From the NCBI GenBank assembly GCA_951406725.2, contig OX597818.1:61442001-61506000 (forward strand): a stretch of 64,000 nt of DNA. The letters run 5' to 3'. The translations under genes and the position numbers were made by a program. This DNA comes from Octopus vulgaris (taxonomy: Eukaryota). This document shows, one piece after another, positions 38,102-51,600 of the stretch. Below the pieces are notes generated by a model. The model did no database searches and was not told where the DNA came from. It saw only the letters and a list, made by a program, of their open reading frames with translations. Each line of letters opens with the position of its first letter. The stretch's first letter is position 1.

Positions 38102-38110
<9 letters not shown>
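37931..38110. repeat. Perfect 44-bp inverted repeat with a 92-bp AT-rich spacer
   Basis: 37931-37974 is the exact reverse complement of 38067-38110. Confidence 0.9.
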
Positions 38111-38149
<39 letters not shown>

Positions 38150-38153
<4 letters not shown>

Positions 38154-38522
38154 AGTGGCTGTGTGGTAAGTAACTTGCTTACAAACCACATGATTCCGAG
38201 TGTTCAGTCCCACAGCGTGGCACTTTGAGCAAGTGTCTTCTACTATAGCCTCGGGCCGACCAAAGCCTCGTGAGTGGATTTGGTAGACGGAAACTGAAAG
38301 AAGCCCGTTGTATATATATGTGTGTGTGTGTCTGTGTTTGTCCCCCCCAGCATCACTTGACAATCAATGCTGGTGTGATTACACCCCCGTAACTTAGCGG
38401 TTCGGTAAAAGAGACCGATAGAATAAGTACTAGGCTTACAAAGAATAAGTCCTGGGGTCGATTTGCTCGACTAAAAAGGCAGTGCTCCATCATGACCACA
38501 GTCAAATGACTGAAACAAGTAA
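38150..38522 (+). mobile_element. SINE family B, full length
   Basis: aggagtggctgtgtggtaag ... gactgaaacaagtaaaa. Confidence 0.92.
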
Positions 38523-39479
38523 AATAAAAAAAAAATATTTGTGCATGTATGTATATGTGTTAATGGAAAACTGGCACAGCAAACAAATATATATTGTGGT
38601 ATTCAATAGGTCAAGTTGTCTCTTTATGTCTAAAAGCAAACTTCCCCATTAAATAAATAGAAAGCAATGAAAAAAAAATAATAATAGACCGAGTATTGAG
38701 GTTAGTATAACTGACTAAATCCTCTAAAGTGGTCTGCAGCATGGCCTTAGAGGAGTTTGTTAAATACACAAACACACTCACATGTATTACAGTGACACCG
38801 ACATTTTCCTGCCTATGTTTTGAATAGCTAAAACACTATAATATCTACTTCGTGATGTGCCTTTGCATCCAAGAAAACTTCAGAGCTGCAAGATGTGACA
38901 TCACACCTATAAAGACACTCTCCTGCAATGATTATGTATTCACTTATTCAATAACCTCAGCAGTGACTGTTCCTCATAAGTTGGCATTGACTGTGCTGTT
39001 CAGTTAGAGGAAGATGCCTTTGGACAAGGACTAAGGCACTTGGTATTGTCCCACCATCACCAGACTACATCTGCAGTAGATGCTGAGGTTGTCCTGCAGT
39101 AGCAATTCACTCACTATCTGACATTCAACCATCGTCTCATGTTACAGATTTTCTGCCACAAATAATCTTTAAGCAGTTGGTGTAGGACCCCTCTGCCTTG
39201 TTGATAATCCAACATACTACTGTCCATTGTATCCCTAATATGGGAGGCTAAGGGGTTGCTAGCATTTCCCCAAGAGGCCACCCCAGTCTATGAACAGAAG
39301 GTGTGACTCACTCTCCTTTTTATAGCCTGCGACTGATGCACTTAAAACAATACGAATACATAGAACGTGTGTGTGTGTGAGAGAGAGAGAGGGATAGAGA
39401 GAGACTGTGTGTGTGTACACATGTAAACTGCAGTGAAAAGCTTTTGCATGTTCAAGTATCCCTCAAAAATTGTTGAGTC

Positions 39480-40300
39480 TGATGAGTAATCCATGAACTT
39501 TTAACAGGACCTCTGAGACAGATGAGGAAAAGAGAAGAATCTGGTGTCCTGCTCTGAACGCTTGTAAAAGTGAACTGTGGGAAAGGATTCGAAGTGGCAT
39601 GCTTATAAACCAGCATCATCCACATTTAACATCTGCTTTCAATGTCAAGGATGGGTAGGGACAATTTAATAGGAAACTGGTGAGCTGCAGCGCCACATCA
39701 AGCTCCAGCATCATCTTTAGGTTCTCCAGCAGTGCACTGACTCTGATGACCACAGGGTTAGGGTTAGGGGGTTCTATGAAGCTCTCAAGGCAGTTTACAA
39801 TCCAACACATCAAGTCCACAGCTCAGATGGCCAAGCACGTGTCACAGACACAGCATCCATCTTCAACCGCTGGTCTGAATACTGTCAGACCCTCTTCAGT
39901 GCAAAACCGAGTTGTCCAAAAAAACGTAATCCCCTACATCTAGCAGTAACCAGTCAGAGTGGAACTAGAGTTTCCAGCCCTAGAAGAGTCCACAGTTGCC
40001 ACAGGCCAGCTGAAGAGTAGAAAGGCAGCAGGAATCGATGGTATACCAGCAGAGATATGGAAGCACGGGGGTCTTGTTGTACATGCTAAACTCCATGAGC
40101 TCATCGTTGTGTGCTGGGAACAGGGCCAGCTGCTACAAGTTCTTCTAGATGCTGTCATCATTACACTACAAAAACAAAGGGGAAAAAACTGCTCAAACTA
40201 CCAGGAGATAACCCTGCTTTCCACTGCAGGAAAAGTGTCTAGCAAGATTACTCCTCAACAGGCTTGTTCTGTCCATCACCAAAAACCATCTTCCAGTTAC
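39480..40300 (+). mobile_element. Decayed RTE LINE internal fragment (pre-RT and RT N-terminus)
   Basis: QLKSRKAAGIDGIPAEIWKHGG...LHELIVVCWEQG...DAVIITL...CSNYQEITLLSTAGKV is a typical RTE/BovB ORF segment. Confidence 0.88.
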
Positions 40301-40402
40301 TACAGTATCAATAAAATAAAGATGCACTGGAGGATAGTGACTAAAGAAATATACAAATAATTAGCCCTCTTCCCTGAAAATTTTGCCTCAAAAGTTAATA
40401 CC

Positions 40403-40640
40403 TATTTCTTTACTACCCACAAGGGGCTAAACATAGAGGGGACAAACAAGGACAGACAAACGGATTAAGTCGATTAAATTGACCCCAGTGCGTAACTGGT
40501 ACTTATTTAATCGACCCCGAAAGGATGAAAGGTAAAGTCGACCTCGGTGGAATTTGAACTCAGAACGTAGCGGCAGACGAAATACGGCTACGCATCTCGC
40601 CCGGCGTGCTAACGTTTCTGCCAGCTCGCCGCCTTTCCAG
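40403..40640 (-). mobile_element. SINE family C, young copy
   Basis: Reverse complement of 35934-36151, CpG-rich; direct repeat aagttaatacc on both sides. Confidence 0.9.
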
Positions 40641-41829
40641 AAGTTAATACCATTTATCTTATCAAACCCAGAAGGATGAAAGGTAAAATCGACCATGGTC
40701 GATTTGAAACCAGAATGGAAGGATCCAGAACAAATAGTGCCAAGTATTTTCTTTGAAGCATGAATGATTTTGCCAGTGTACTATCTTTAGATATATAACT
40801 AAAATGTCAATATAACATAAGACCACAGTTAAGGAAGAAAGGATTTAGTTTAGCAATGCAGATTCCATTGGAGAAATTTATCTGCAATACAAAAGTGATA
40901 TCCCTGAATCTTCAGTACGATGATTTGTTTTGACATTTGTGTTGTAGAATTTATTGAAACCAGATTAATTTCAGTTATTTGTAACAGATCCTTATGGAAA
41001 AGAAATCCCCTTAATATTTCATTTAATACTGAAAAAAATATTTGAAATAAGTTTTGATTATATGCATTTCCACAGTATCTTCTGTAATTGGATTAGTGTG
41101 CAATGGTGGCAATTATTAACATTTAAATTTATATACACCAATCCTAAGAAAACTTTTATAGATACACTATATCAAAACAACCAGTTGCTTTGTCGGTCAA
41201 TGTAATTTATACAATCTCGTTCAGTTTACCTGAGAGTGAATATAATACCAAACCAATTTCTAAATGAACATGAACTAGATTTATGACATTTCCCAAAAGC
41301 TTACTTAATCAGAAATAAGACATAAATCAACGTATAACCTCAGAAGTCTCAGTCGGGAATGCCAGCCTTTATCTTCATTAATATTATAATTCAAATGCTA
41401 ATTCTAATAGCAGCTCAGTGTGTTTGGTAGGAGACTTTCACAATCATCATTCTAATAATTGCTCACTAGATAAACGAACCATCCTTATTTGATTTTGTTC
41501 ATAAATTCTTCAAAGAAAGAAAATATTTAAATTTCAAATGTTAATATTTCTCACTCTAAATTCCTCTCCCAGGGTCAATCAGCTTGTATCTGGACCTTAC
41601 TTCTGCTGATGCCATGAAACACACAACCAGTACACTCTGTAAAATGGTCAGCATCAGGAAAATGCAGTCCTTGGACCGGTCAGATCCTGTCAAACCAACC
41701 AACCTGTACCAGCATGGAACAATGATACTAAGGGATGATGATGAGGAAGAGGATAAATTCTGTGTTTCAAAAGGCAATTTACCAGAAGACCAAAAATATT
41801 TTAACCTGGAACTTACAGGTTCCAAATGT

Positions 41830-42245
41830 TTACTCTCTTTTTACTCTTTTACTTGTTTCAGTGATTTGACTGCGGCCATGCTGGAGCACCGTCTTTAATC
41901 GAGCAGCTCGACCCCGGGACATATTCTTTTGTAAGCCCAGTACTTATTCTATCGGTCTCTTTTGCCGAACCGCTAAGTAACGGGGACATAAACACACCAG
42001 CATCGGTTGTCAAGCAATGCTAGGGGGACAAACACACACACACACAAACAGACACACGCACATATATATATATATATATATATGACGGGCTTCTTTCAGT
42101 TTCCATCTACCAAATCCACTCACAAGGCTTTGGTCGGCCCGAGGCTATAGTAGAAGACCCTTGCCCAAGGTGCCACGCAGTGGGACTGAACCCAGAACCA
42201 TGTGGCTGGTAAACAAGCTACTTACCACACAGCCACTCCTGCGCC
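41830..42245 (-). mobile_element. SINE family B, full length, young
   Basis: Near-identical to 2800-3198. Confidence 0.92.
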
Positions 42246-42672
42246 TATTTGTTGTAAATTAGTTTTGGCTTCTTTTCTTAAATTCGTATTTCAATGATTT
42301 AATACCTCCAATATTATGCAAGTCCAATATCCTTCTCTTTATTATTTGTTCACACAAAATTTCTACATATCCTGAATATTTTAGTAAATGTTGATCTAAC
42401 AAATCTTCAATTTTCACTTGTTTTATTCTTGAGAAAAGTCTTAATTGTTTCTTACACATTTCTTTGGCATGTCAAAGATAGGACAGGCCATTCATTATAT
42501 CAGCTTCTATACAGAGGAGATACAGAACGATGACTAATTATTCAAATACCTGCTTCAGTAGCACATATTCACATAAATACCCAAGCTGCTTCAACTTATA
42601 TCTGTAACCAGTCATTCCAAGTAGTGGTTATGGTCTTGGATGTACCCTGAGATTAAATAGTGGTTCAAATGC

Positions 42673-43308
42673 TTTTACTCTTCTATTTGTTCTAGTCATG
42701 TGACTGTGGCCATGCTGGAGCAACGCCTTTAGTTGAGCAAATCGACTCCCGGACTTATTCTTTGTATGCCTAGTACTTATTCTATCAGTCTCTTTCGCCA
42801 AACCACTAAGTTACGGGGACGTAATCACACCAGCATCAGTTGTCAAGCAATGTTGGGGGAGACAAACACAGACACACACACACAGACATACACACACACA
42901 TACACACACACACATATATATATACATATATACATATATACAACAGGCTTCTTTCAGTTTCCGTCTACCAAATCCACTCACAAGGCTTTAGTCAGCCCAA
43001 GGCTATACACTTACCCAAGGTGCCACGCAGTAGAACTGAACCCAGAACTAAGTTACGGGGATGTAAACACACCAGCATCAGTTGTCAAGCAATGTTGGCG
43101 GGGTAGAAACACAGACACACAAACACATATACATATATATATACATATATACGACGGGCTTCTTTCAGTTTCCGTCTACCAAATCCACTCACAAGGCTTT
43201 GGTCAGCCTGAGGCTATACACTTACCCAAAGTGCCACACAGTAGAACTGAACCCAGAACCGTGTGGTTTGTAAGCAAGCTACTTACCACACAGCTACTCC
43301 TACTCCTA
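42673..43308 (-). mobile_element. SINE family B with an internal tandem duplication
   Basis: Middle segment occurs twice (about 42807-43048 and 43049-43259); both lack the gtagaaga present in other copies. Confidence 0.88.
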
Positions 43309-46022
43309 TGAATATATACTTCAGGCAGTGGCATGGCATTAGAGGAGTGTAGCAGCAAATTATTACATTTTCTGCTAAAGACAACACAAATAATCAGAAC
43401 TGAGTTAGAGACTATGTGACATAACAATAAAATAGTTCCAAAGAATTTATCCCATAATGAAAATATGACAACTTCTAAAACAGATTGCAGTTACAGGGCA
43501 GAAACTGTTACAGCTTTTCAGTAAACAAACACTTAAACTGAGTGAAACGATAGAGTGACAGAATATATTTATACCTACGAGGAAAAGATAGACAAGAAAT
43601 AATCCCTTCTGGTATAGGCACAAGTCCTGAAAGTTTGGGGAGAGTAAAAAGTACCAGTGTTCAACTGCGTTCAGAATGTAAAGACACATGAAATTCCGCT
43701 ACCAATTTTGCTGGTTAGCCAGCAGAATAGTTAAAGTTGGCTGCTCATTCACAAAAATGAAGGTCATATGTAACAGGCTCATAATTAACTACACGTCTGA
43801 TTCTCATGCTAGCATGGATTAGACAAATGTTTATAACTGAATACTCTACAGCAGGATGCACTTCCATTCACTAACCCCAACCTGTTGCTCAAATAAGGGA
43901 TCTTTCTTTTCACTTGTTGTTGAAAGTAGGGAGCTAAAGACAATTTATTAACAGAGAATGTTACTGCCATCATTTTTGCTCTAACAGTTTCATACAAGGA
44001 CATGGAATGGAAATGTTTACCTAGATACATGACTGTACATATGCACAAACATGTGTTAGCAGTGTGTATGTAGACACACACAGACACACAGTGGGTTTTT
44101 TATCTACCAATTCCATGCAAAAATTGATCAGTGCAGAAGACTCTTATCCAAAGTACCATGCAACTGAGATAAAATTCAGAACTACATCATTACAAAGCAA
44201 ATGCTATTCCCAACAGCCATATCCGCACCTCTATTATGTATATATAAGACACACAACGAAGCTCTCCTCAAAGAAGAAAGGTTTTTATTAAATGTTCTAA
44301 GATGACATAAAAATATGGATATCTAAATTGAGATATGTCAAAGACTAAAGAGAGTGAAAACCAACAAAAATCAATATAAATAGATCTCCAGTCTGGAATG
44401 GTTAATACACTTTTGATAATCTTCTGTGTAGCCTTGCCCAGAATGTAGGAAATACACAAATGCAAGTCAACAAATTACTATTTATCAAAATTCCTGCTCA
44501 CTTGCTTTAAGACAAAGTTTTCAAGCTGCAGACACTAGGATTATTAATATTTTGGAGTAAGACTCCTAATCAGGAAAGGACTAAGGGAGTGTGAGATTAG
44601 GATTGTATAGCAGCAGACAACAATGATTTATTTTCTTTAATAAAGAATTGAACTTGAATAAAGGCTTGAAACAGCACGCAGCTCTTTTGTTTATAAGTTC
44701 TAACCAATTCAGGCTAACAAGAGTGTAGGTGTGGCTGTATGATTGAGAATTTCCCTTTCCAACTAAAAGGTTCTAAGATCAGTTCATGTGTGTGAGTGTG
44801 TGTATGCATGCATGCATTTACAATTTCTTGTGCAAAAGTTTTAGAGTAATGAGGTGTTATCAATTCTCCTATGAACAAATGATTTGGTCACTTCATGTCT
44901 TTGAAACCATATGGAATATGAGATCTCCTACTTGATATCAGAACAATGCCGGAAATAACATATTTATCTAACCCATGGAAGCATGGTAAAAACAGGAGAT
45001 CTAATCGCCCAATTCCACAGTTTAATGACTATTGTTCTTCATAACTGAAATTTGACTGATTCCATCCAACAGAGACTTGTGGTTATTAAATTTTTAAAAA
45101 ATAATCTGCAATATTACCCATTAAATATTTGACAGTATCATCTATTCAAAATTTCAATGGAAATAGCTCAATGGTTTCCAAACACCTGAGACACTAAATG
45201 ATGGGAAATAACTTGTGAAAAAAAGAATTAGTTGTAAACAACAATATGGAAATGATAGAATATAAATATATGGATGGAAAAGAAATAGACTAAAGAAGTG
45301 GATCATGCAGAAATTATGGAAATTTATCTGCAAGAAGCAAGTGCAGAATATCCAAGAAAAATTAACCGAAACATGTGATGATCTCAAAATAGAAATGGAG
45401 ATAAGGAAGAAAAGTGTGTTAACATATCGAGGTCATAAGAAATGCACAAATAAGCAGAAACAGCTATGGAATATGAAAATGAGTGAGGCAGATCTCGTTT
45501 TTATCAATTTAATCAGCTTAAATAAGATATACAGAAAGCTACTGAGTATCGTTAGAGAAAGGTCTTCAATCACATGCAAGTTCATACAGCTGTGTTTAAT
45601 TATGGTGTGAAACAGGTTTCCAAGTATCAATATTAGTAATGTAATGTAATTCCATATATAATTACGTAAACAGATAATTTCATAAGCCCACAAATTAAAA
45701 ATGCTATAAGATATATTTGCTTTGAATATAATTTTATCAACAATTTTGCAAATATATTCGTTAGAATCAAAATAACAGATGATGAAATGCTCAATTTTTA
45801 TCAAACCCTGTTAGAAAATTAATTTACAAATTATTTTCATCTATAATCAACTAATATTTTCTTAATTTACAAAGGGCATTTTTTTTTTTTTTTTAGCACT
45901 AACAGCTCACATCCTTGCTTTTTCCAACATTAATGATAGCTACCTTTTTAATTCCAACATTCAGTTACAACATGAACATACAGTACAGAGTAAACACTGT
46001 AAAATACCCTAAAATAATATGT

Positions 46023-46246
46023 TTAATCCTTTCGTTACCAACCTGGACTAAACCGGCTCTGGCTCTGAGTACAAATATCTAGTTTTCACAAGTTTTAAAT
46101 TAAAATCTTCCACCAAACCTTATTCACAATTTATATTCCTAACACTAGCTTATTATTAAGTTATTTTACTAAATTCTTTGTTATATTTGAAGTAATTCAA
46201 AGCAAAACAGAGCATCTTAAAATAAATACAGTAACAAAAGGGTTAA
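46023..46246 (+). mobile_element. TTAA/piggyBac-type MITE family M2
   Basis: TTAAtcctttcgttac ... gtaacaaaagggTTAA. Confidence 0.85.
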
Positions 46247-48275
46247 AATAATAGAACTCTTAATGCTTAAAACTATAATCTGAACATGTCTGTAAAAGAT
46301 TTTGAATGGAAATTTTTCACTGTCTATCTGTCATACATGATGCTTGATCTAAACATAAAAGCAGTTCTCCAAATAACAAAATCAAAGGTATCTATATTCT
46401 AGGAGTCTACCACATGAATGACTGATGACTCATGACTGATGACTCATGACTCATCTTTAACAACAGATGATGAAAAAACTGGAAAGGAAACTGAGGACTT
46501 ATATGAAAAGCCATTTACAAGAGAAACAAAACTGGAAGGTAAAGCTGATAGCAGAAGACTATGACATCAAATGAGACTATTATGTTAAATTCTGATCAAT
46601 TGAACATCATAACCAGGGACCACATCTGGCATGGATTATCATCACAGGGGACGTAGAATAAGCTATTGACTGTCAGAATTTTAAACTAGTGTTGCATGGT
46701 CAAACATTTAATTGATACTCTTAACCACATTCTGAATGTGTAGATTTGATTAAACAAAGCAAGATAATACAATAGCTGGATTGAAATTTTCAAAATTATT
46801 TTATAACATTTATCCCTTAAATCAGAGAAAAAAGAATTGGCTCTCAAACTTCAGCTACAAAGAAAATTAATTCATTATAACCTTAATAGAGACGGGGGAA
46901 CGGTAATGAGATTTCAAATTGGATTTTCTCCAGTTTTTATGAAATAAAGTTAAAATTGTGTGTCAAAAGTTGAGAGAACAAAAATGCTAATCTACAAAAT
47001 ATCTAAAAAGTTTTTATATAACATTCAAGAAGCAGATAAACATTCCAAATATAGCAAAATGGATTAGGGAAATCAGACAAACAAAAAGAAATTAACGAGT
47101 AATTTTAAATATTTCAGCACTGATTTGGAATAGTTCCAGGAACTGTGAAAAGAGACAGGCCAGAAATTGGTAGTCCTAAGAGTAGAATTACAATCCACTG
47201 GCCATTAAAATGTGATTGAACTTTGACCAAAACACCTCCATCTTCAAATCATCCATTATTGAGAAACAACTTTAATCAATGGATACATGAATAATTTCGC
47301 AGGATGTGATCTTTATCAGCTACTAATGAGAATCATTTATATTTTCTTCATACAGACAAATGTTGATGAAAATTCAAATATCAATTAAGTCGTAAAGTGA
47401 GGAGAATAAATTGAAAACATTCTGAACAACGGAGATGAACCTTCATATTTCAGTAATGAGATGTTCATTACTATCTTAAAAATAGATGCTGCATTTCATG
47501 GTTTTAAGAAGCACTAGTATTTTAAGTTGCCAGTTAAAATTTCTATTATATAAAACTATAATTTTTCCCCAATGAAAGTCATTGAAATTAGTATTAATGC
47601 ATAATTTTACTGGTTTCATTTCTAAACAAATTGTTACCAATTTATATATATGATCATTAACATATTTCATTTGCTTTTTTTTTAACCAAATGATATTTTT
47701 ATTTTTAACATGGTAGAGACAGCAGATAAATTAGTGAATATCGTATGTGTATTTTAAAGGATACACAAGTCTAATTCCTCATCCGCTTTTAGTAGATGCT
47801 GCTCTGTTGCAATCACTCAGGTCAGTCCTCTACTTTGAAGATGCTTTTCTTTCTCCTTCCCATTAGCCTTGGAGGCTCATCCCATGTGATTAAGAGATAA
47901 AAAATATACATAGATACAAGGCAGAATATGAAACTATTCCATCAAGCCAAAATTACATTACACAAGTAAATTTTCTAACTGCCCATTATGTTTTAAAGTT
48001 TAAAGTGTTTAGCAGTATTGAAAATAGTAGGGTTTAAACAAACGTAACTAGTTAATTTGCTACTTCTAAACACACATATAGACTTTATTGTATATAATAT
48101 GCTGGCAATAAATGCAAGTACTACTGCGTATTTTAATTTGCAAACATCTATTTTAGATAAAAGCAGATGTAACATTATTCCGTATTTGCCTTGAACTGGT
48201 ATGATACTGATCATATAAAGCTGTGTGTATCTTAGTTTCCTATGTTTCCAATTGAATCTGTTAAAACAAAACTTA

Positions 48276-48814
48276 TCTATTATATAAAATCTGTTCTGTC
48301 CGTCTGTATGTGTGTCTTTTAGGATCTCGGGCATCCTCCATCTGATTGCGTTCAAAATTGATATGTAGATACCGACATTATTAGGGCGTGTATAAGTTTT
48401 GAAAAAATCACAAAAAATCGATTCCAAGTGAGAATGCGATCGATAAAGCTTTTCTTCCGTCAACCTGTACATAACTGCACCTTCCATTTTTTGTTGTTTT
48501 TGTATTGCTTAAAAGCACGTTTCTTTCATGTGAAGCTTTCTGTTTAAACAATGTTTGTGTTCTCCCAGTCAACAGCCTCATCATTACTGGTAATTTAAAC
48601 TCTTCGGTTGCATATTTGTGTGAATAAAATCATTTTTCTTTGGAATAGAAAAAAGTCTATCTTTCTTCTTTTGCTGGTGTCTCAAATTTAGGTTAAATCA
48701 GTGTTTCTCAAAGGGGAGGCCTATGAGACGGTCGACAAGTTTGTTTTGAGAAAATTTGGTTTAAATATTTGACAACTCAGCACCGTCCATTGGATGGGAG
48801 GAGCGTTTTGCTCG
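48276..48814 (+). mobile_element. Probable non-autonomous Helitron
   Basis: A|TCTATTATATAAAA start, (GTCT)-like tract, subterminal hairpin ccgtcca-t-tggatgg, CTCG|T end (canonical CTAG|T); CpG-rich. Confidence 0.5.
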
Positions 48815-49393
48815 TATTATATATAAAAGAAAACATTTGAAAATCTATAGTACTTAAAATAACTACACAGAAAAGAAAATTCTTTCAACAGATGATTCTT
48901 TAATAGCATACCAAACAAGGATGCTTGGCCACAAACCATTATCATCATCATAATTATTATATCTAACACCAACTGTAATAAATTATACAGTTCACAAATT
49001 ATTATAGGAAGAAGCATAAATATTAGTATTATCAATATGGTCAAGAAATTAGGGTAGTGATCCAACCTTGGGCAAAATGCCATTCCGTATTCATTCACAT
49101 GTTTTATATTCTGGTTTCAAATTATATTATGTCACCATTCCTTTCATCCTTCTACGGTCAATAGAACGGCATTTCACTCAAGTACAGAGGGGATTTAATC
49201 AGCTACTGATCAGTACAAGCTAATGAGCTAGCATCATAGAATCCAGCCATGAGGTTCCAACCGCAAGTAAAGAGACACACCAGTTGGAGGAAACAGCCAT
49301 CATATCAATTTTATCAATCTATAAAACCTTTATTACCACCAACACAATACGTGCATCCTGAAATTCACTTACACAGTCAGTTACTCAATCTCT

Positions 49394-49436
<43 letters not shown>

Positions 49437-49729
49437 GAACTACATTAGAAGAGACAGTACAAAGAAAAACATTACAGAAATTAAATCGATCAACTATTTC
49501 CATTTTATTTAACATGGCTTTTTCATGTCCTCCCCACAAAAAAAATCAGTGTTAGTAATTTTTTTTTTTAAATCAGAATAAGTGAAAAAAGCAAAAACAA
49601 AAAAAAAAGCAAAATTAATTAGAAATATAAAAGGTACCAAAGATATTTGTAGAAGAATAAAAATTTAACTATACTTAACAAGTTCAATAGGCTGGTTAAG
49701 TCAATGCAGTAAAGTTGTACATTAAACCG

Positions 49730-49770
49730 ACTCACCTGAAAAAAATGAAGTTAGAAAAAAATGATTAGCT
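49730..49770 (-). promoter_or_regulatory. Strong 3' splice site directly followed by a 5' splice consensus (candidate recursive splice site)
   Basis: Minus strand: ctaat and ctaac branch-like motifs, pyrimidine tract, then TTTTTCAG|GTGAGT. Confidence 0.55.
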
Positions 49771-51269
49771 TACGCAACAAAATTTTCAATGGATCTAAAT
49801 CCATTGACGCAATGGAAACAGAATGAAACAGAAGATAGTTAATGAATGCAAAAGAAAGTTCAAACACAGACATTAAGCATTTTAAGAAAATAAAGCATAG
49901 CTATATAGAAAGAAAAACAATAAGATAGCTTTTGATGAAAGTGACCATTATCTATAGTTTTAAGTGTAATGGTGGAGCTAGCTCTGTGAAAAAACTAAGC
50001 AGAAAAGAAAAGAAACAGATAACATAAGAGTTTAGTAGAATTTCAAGAAAGAATATGATAAAAGAAAGTTGACATAGAAATGTAACCATTTAATTAAGAA
50101 AAAACAATAATACACACACTATACATACCCACCACACATTGACGTAAAAAGAGCAAAATGTTTCACAATGGAAGTTGTGGAGAAAAGAGAGAAGTGAACT
50201 GGGAAAATGAGTTTAGAAATAGAACGGCAGACTATTTTTAAATAAATACTGATTGTTATCAGTGCAGTTTAGTTTCTATAATTAAGCAACTAACTTGCTT
50301 TTATAGTAGCGGAGTGAATCGGTAAACATGCGACTGTCTGCAGAATGATTTTCTGAAGTTAAAAACCTATCTGGAACCAAACAAAACTGATTCTGTTCTA
50401 GTCTCTATAGCTGTTAGCTAAATTTACAGCGGATCCCAAATTTGATTCTATGGAATATCTAGAAATAAGGAACATTCTGTTAATCTAATAAGCGCCATTC
50501 CTAATAGTTTACTAACGAAGTTTCATTTAATGATTTAATAACATACATTACAATCACCAGTTTTAGTTCAGCTATTAAAATAAACCAAATGAAAGAAAAA
50601 AAAAACAATAAAAGATTAATTAATTTTCTGTTTGATCATGAGGAGATTTTTAAAAATTTATTTCTGATTCCAAAATTAAAGTAGGCTTTTGTTCATTGCA
50701 TATTGATATCCATTTGGGAAAAGTCTTATTATGAATGTTATCAAAATAGGTTCATGTAAAAAAACATAAAATTGATATCCATAGTTTAAAGAAATAAAAT
50801 CTTTGATTTTTGTACATAACATTAAATATGGTATTATAAATAGTGTTAGCTGAGGCAGTTTACTCAAAGACACCATTGGATTTAGTTGTGTTGTATTGGC
50901 AACAATGACTTATCTTCATTAAAAGGAGATTTTCAACAGATTATATCAAAATATGAAACTAAAGCCGACAGATTTGGTTCCTACATATAAGAACATGTAA
51001 GTAATAGCTGAACAGTTTTAGAATCTCATTACAACAGTTGTAAATGACAATACAGTTATTCCAAATACATTTCAGATTTCTTTTTCTACACCTCTTTAAA
51101 CAAAGAAGAACATTCCATATAAATCTTAGACATTACTTACATTACCATCATTCCTACCACCATCATTTTAGTGTTATTTTTCCATTGCTTGCATGGGTTA
51201 GACAGGTTTGCCAAAACGAAAATCACGTGTGTCAATACTGTCAACCCAAATTATGGAATTTAACCTCAC

Positions 51270-51600
51270 TGCTTCTTTCCAGGTTTCCCTCTACCATAAG
51301 TAACATCCACTAACAACTAAAAGCATTTTTCACCAAGCATTCATTGCCTGTTTACATCACAAGCTCACACCAGTGAAATCATTGCTGCTGCATATATTGG
51401 TTAATAATTTTAATGCCCAGCTACTCTTTCATGTCACCAGCACTCTGCTTTTCATAACATTAAACATCTAATGGATAATACTTGGCTTGTTCCTCTTCTT
51501 AATCAGTATTCATTGAGAGAACTATCATAATAGTTTATAAGCCATACATAAATTACCCTTTGTCAACTATGCCATTTCTGCTTAGGTATGCTACCTCAAA
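51270..51600 (-). mobile_element. Decayed RTE LINE 3' fragment
   Basis: Minus translation HWCELVM...CLVK...GRGKPGK resembles W.GHVMR...GRGRPRK. Confidence 0.5.

Noticed and set aside
39959-40360. 133-aa ORF as a host gene or active RT
   Set aside because: Short frameshifted RTE LINE fragment with no complete domain
42290-42660. Possible CR1/Jockey RT relic on the minus strand
   Set aside because: Too degenerate to identify motifs reliably by eye
42733-43311. Longest ORF (192 aa) as a gene
   Set aside because: It lies entirely within an antisense family B SINE with an internal duplication
47993-48487. 164-aa ORF
   Set aside because: It straddles the boundary of a putative Helitron and AT-rich flank, and its composition is not protein-like
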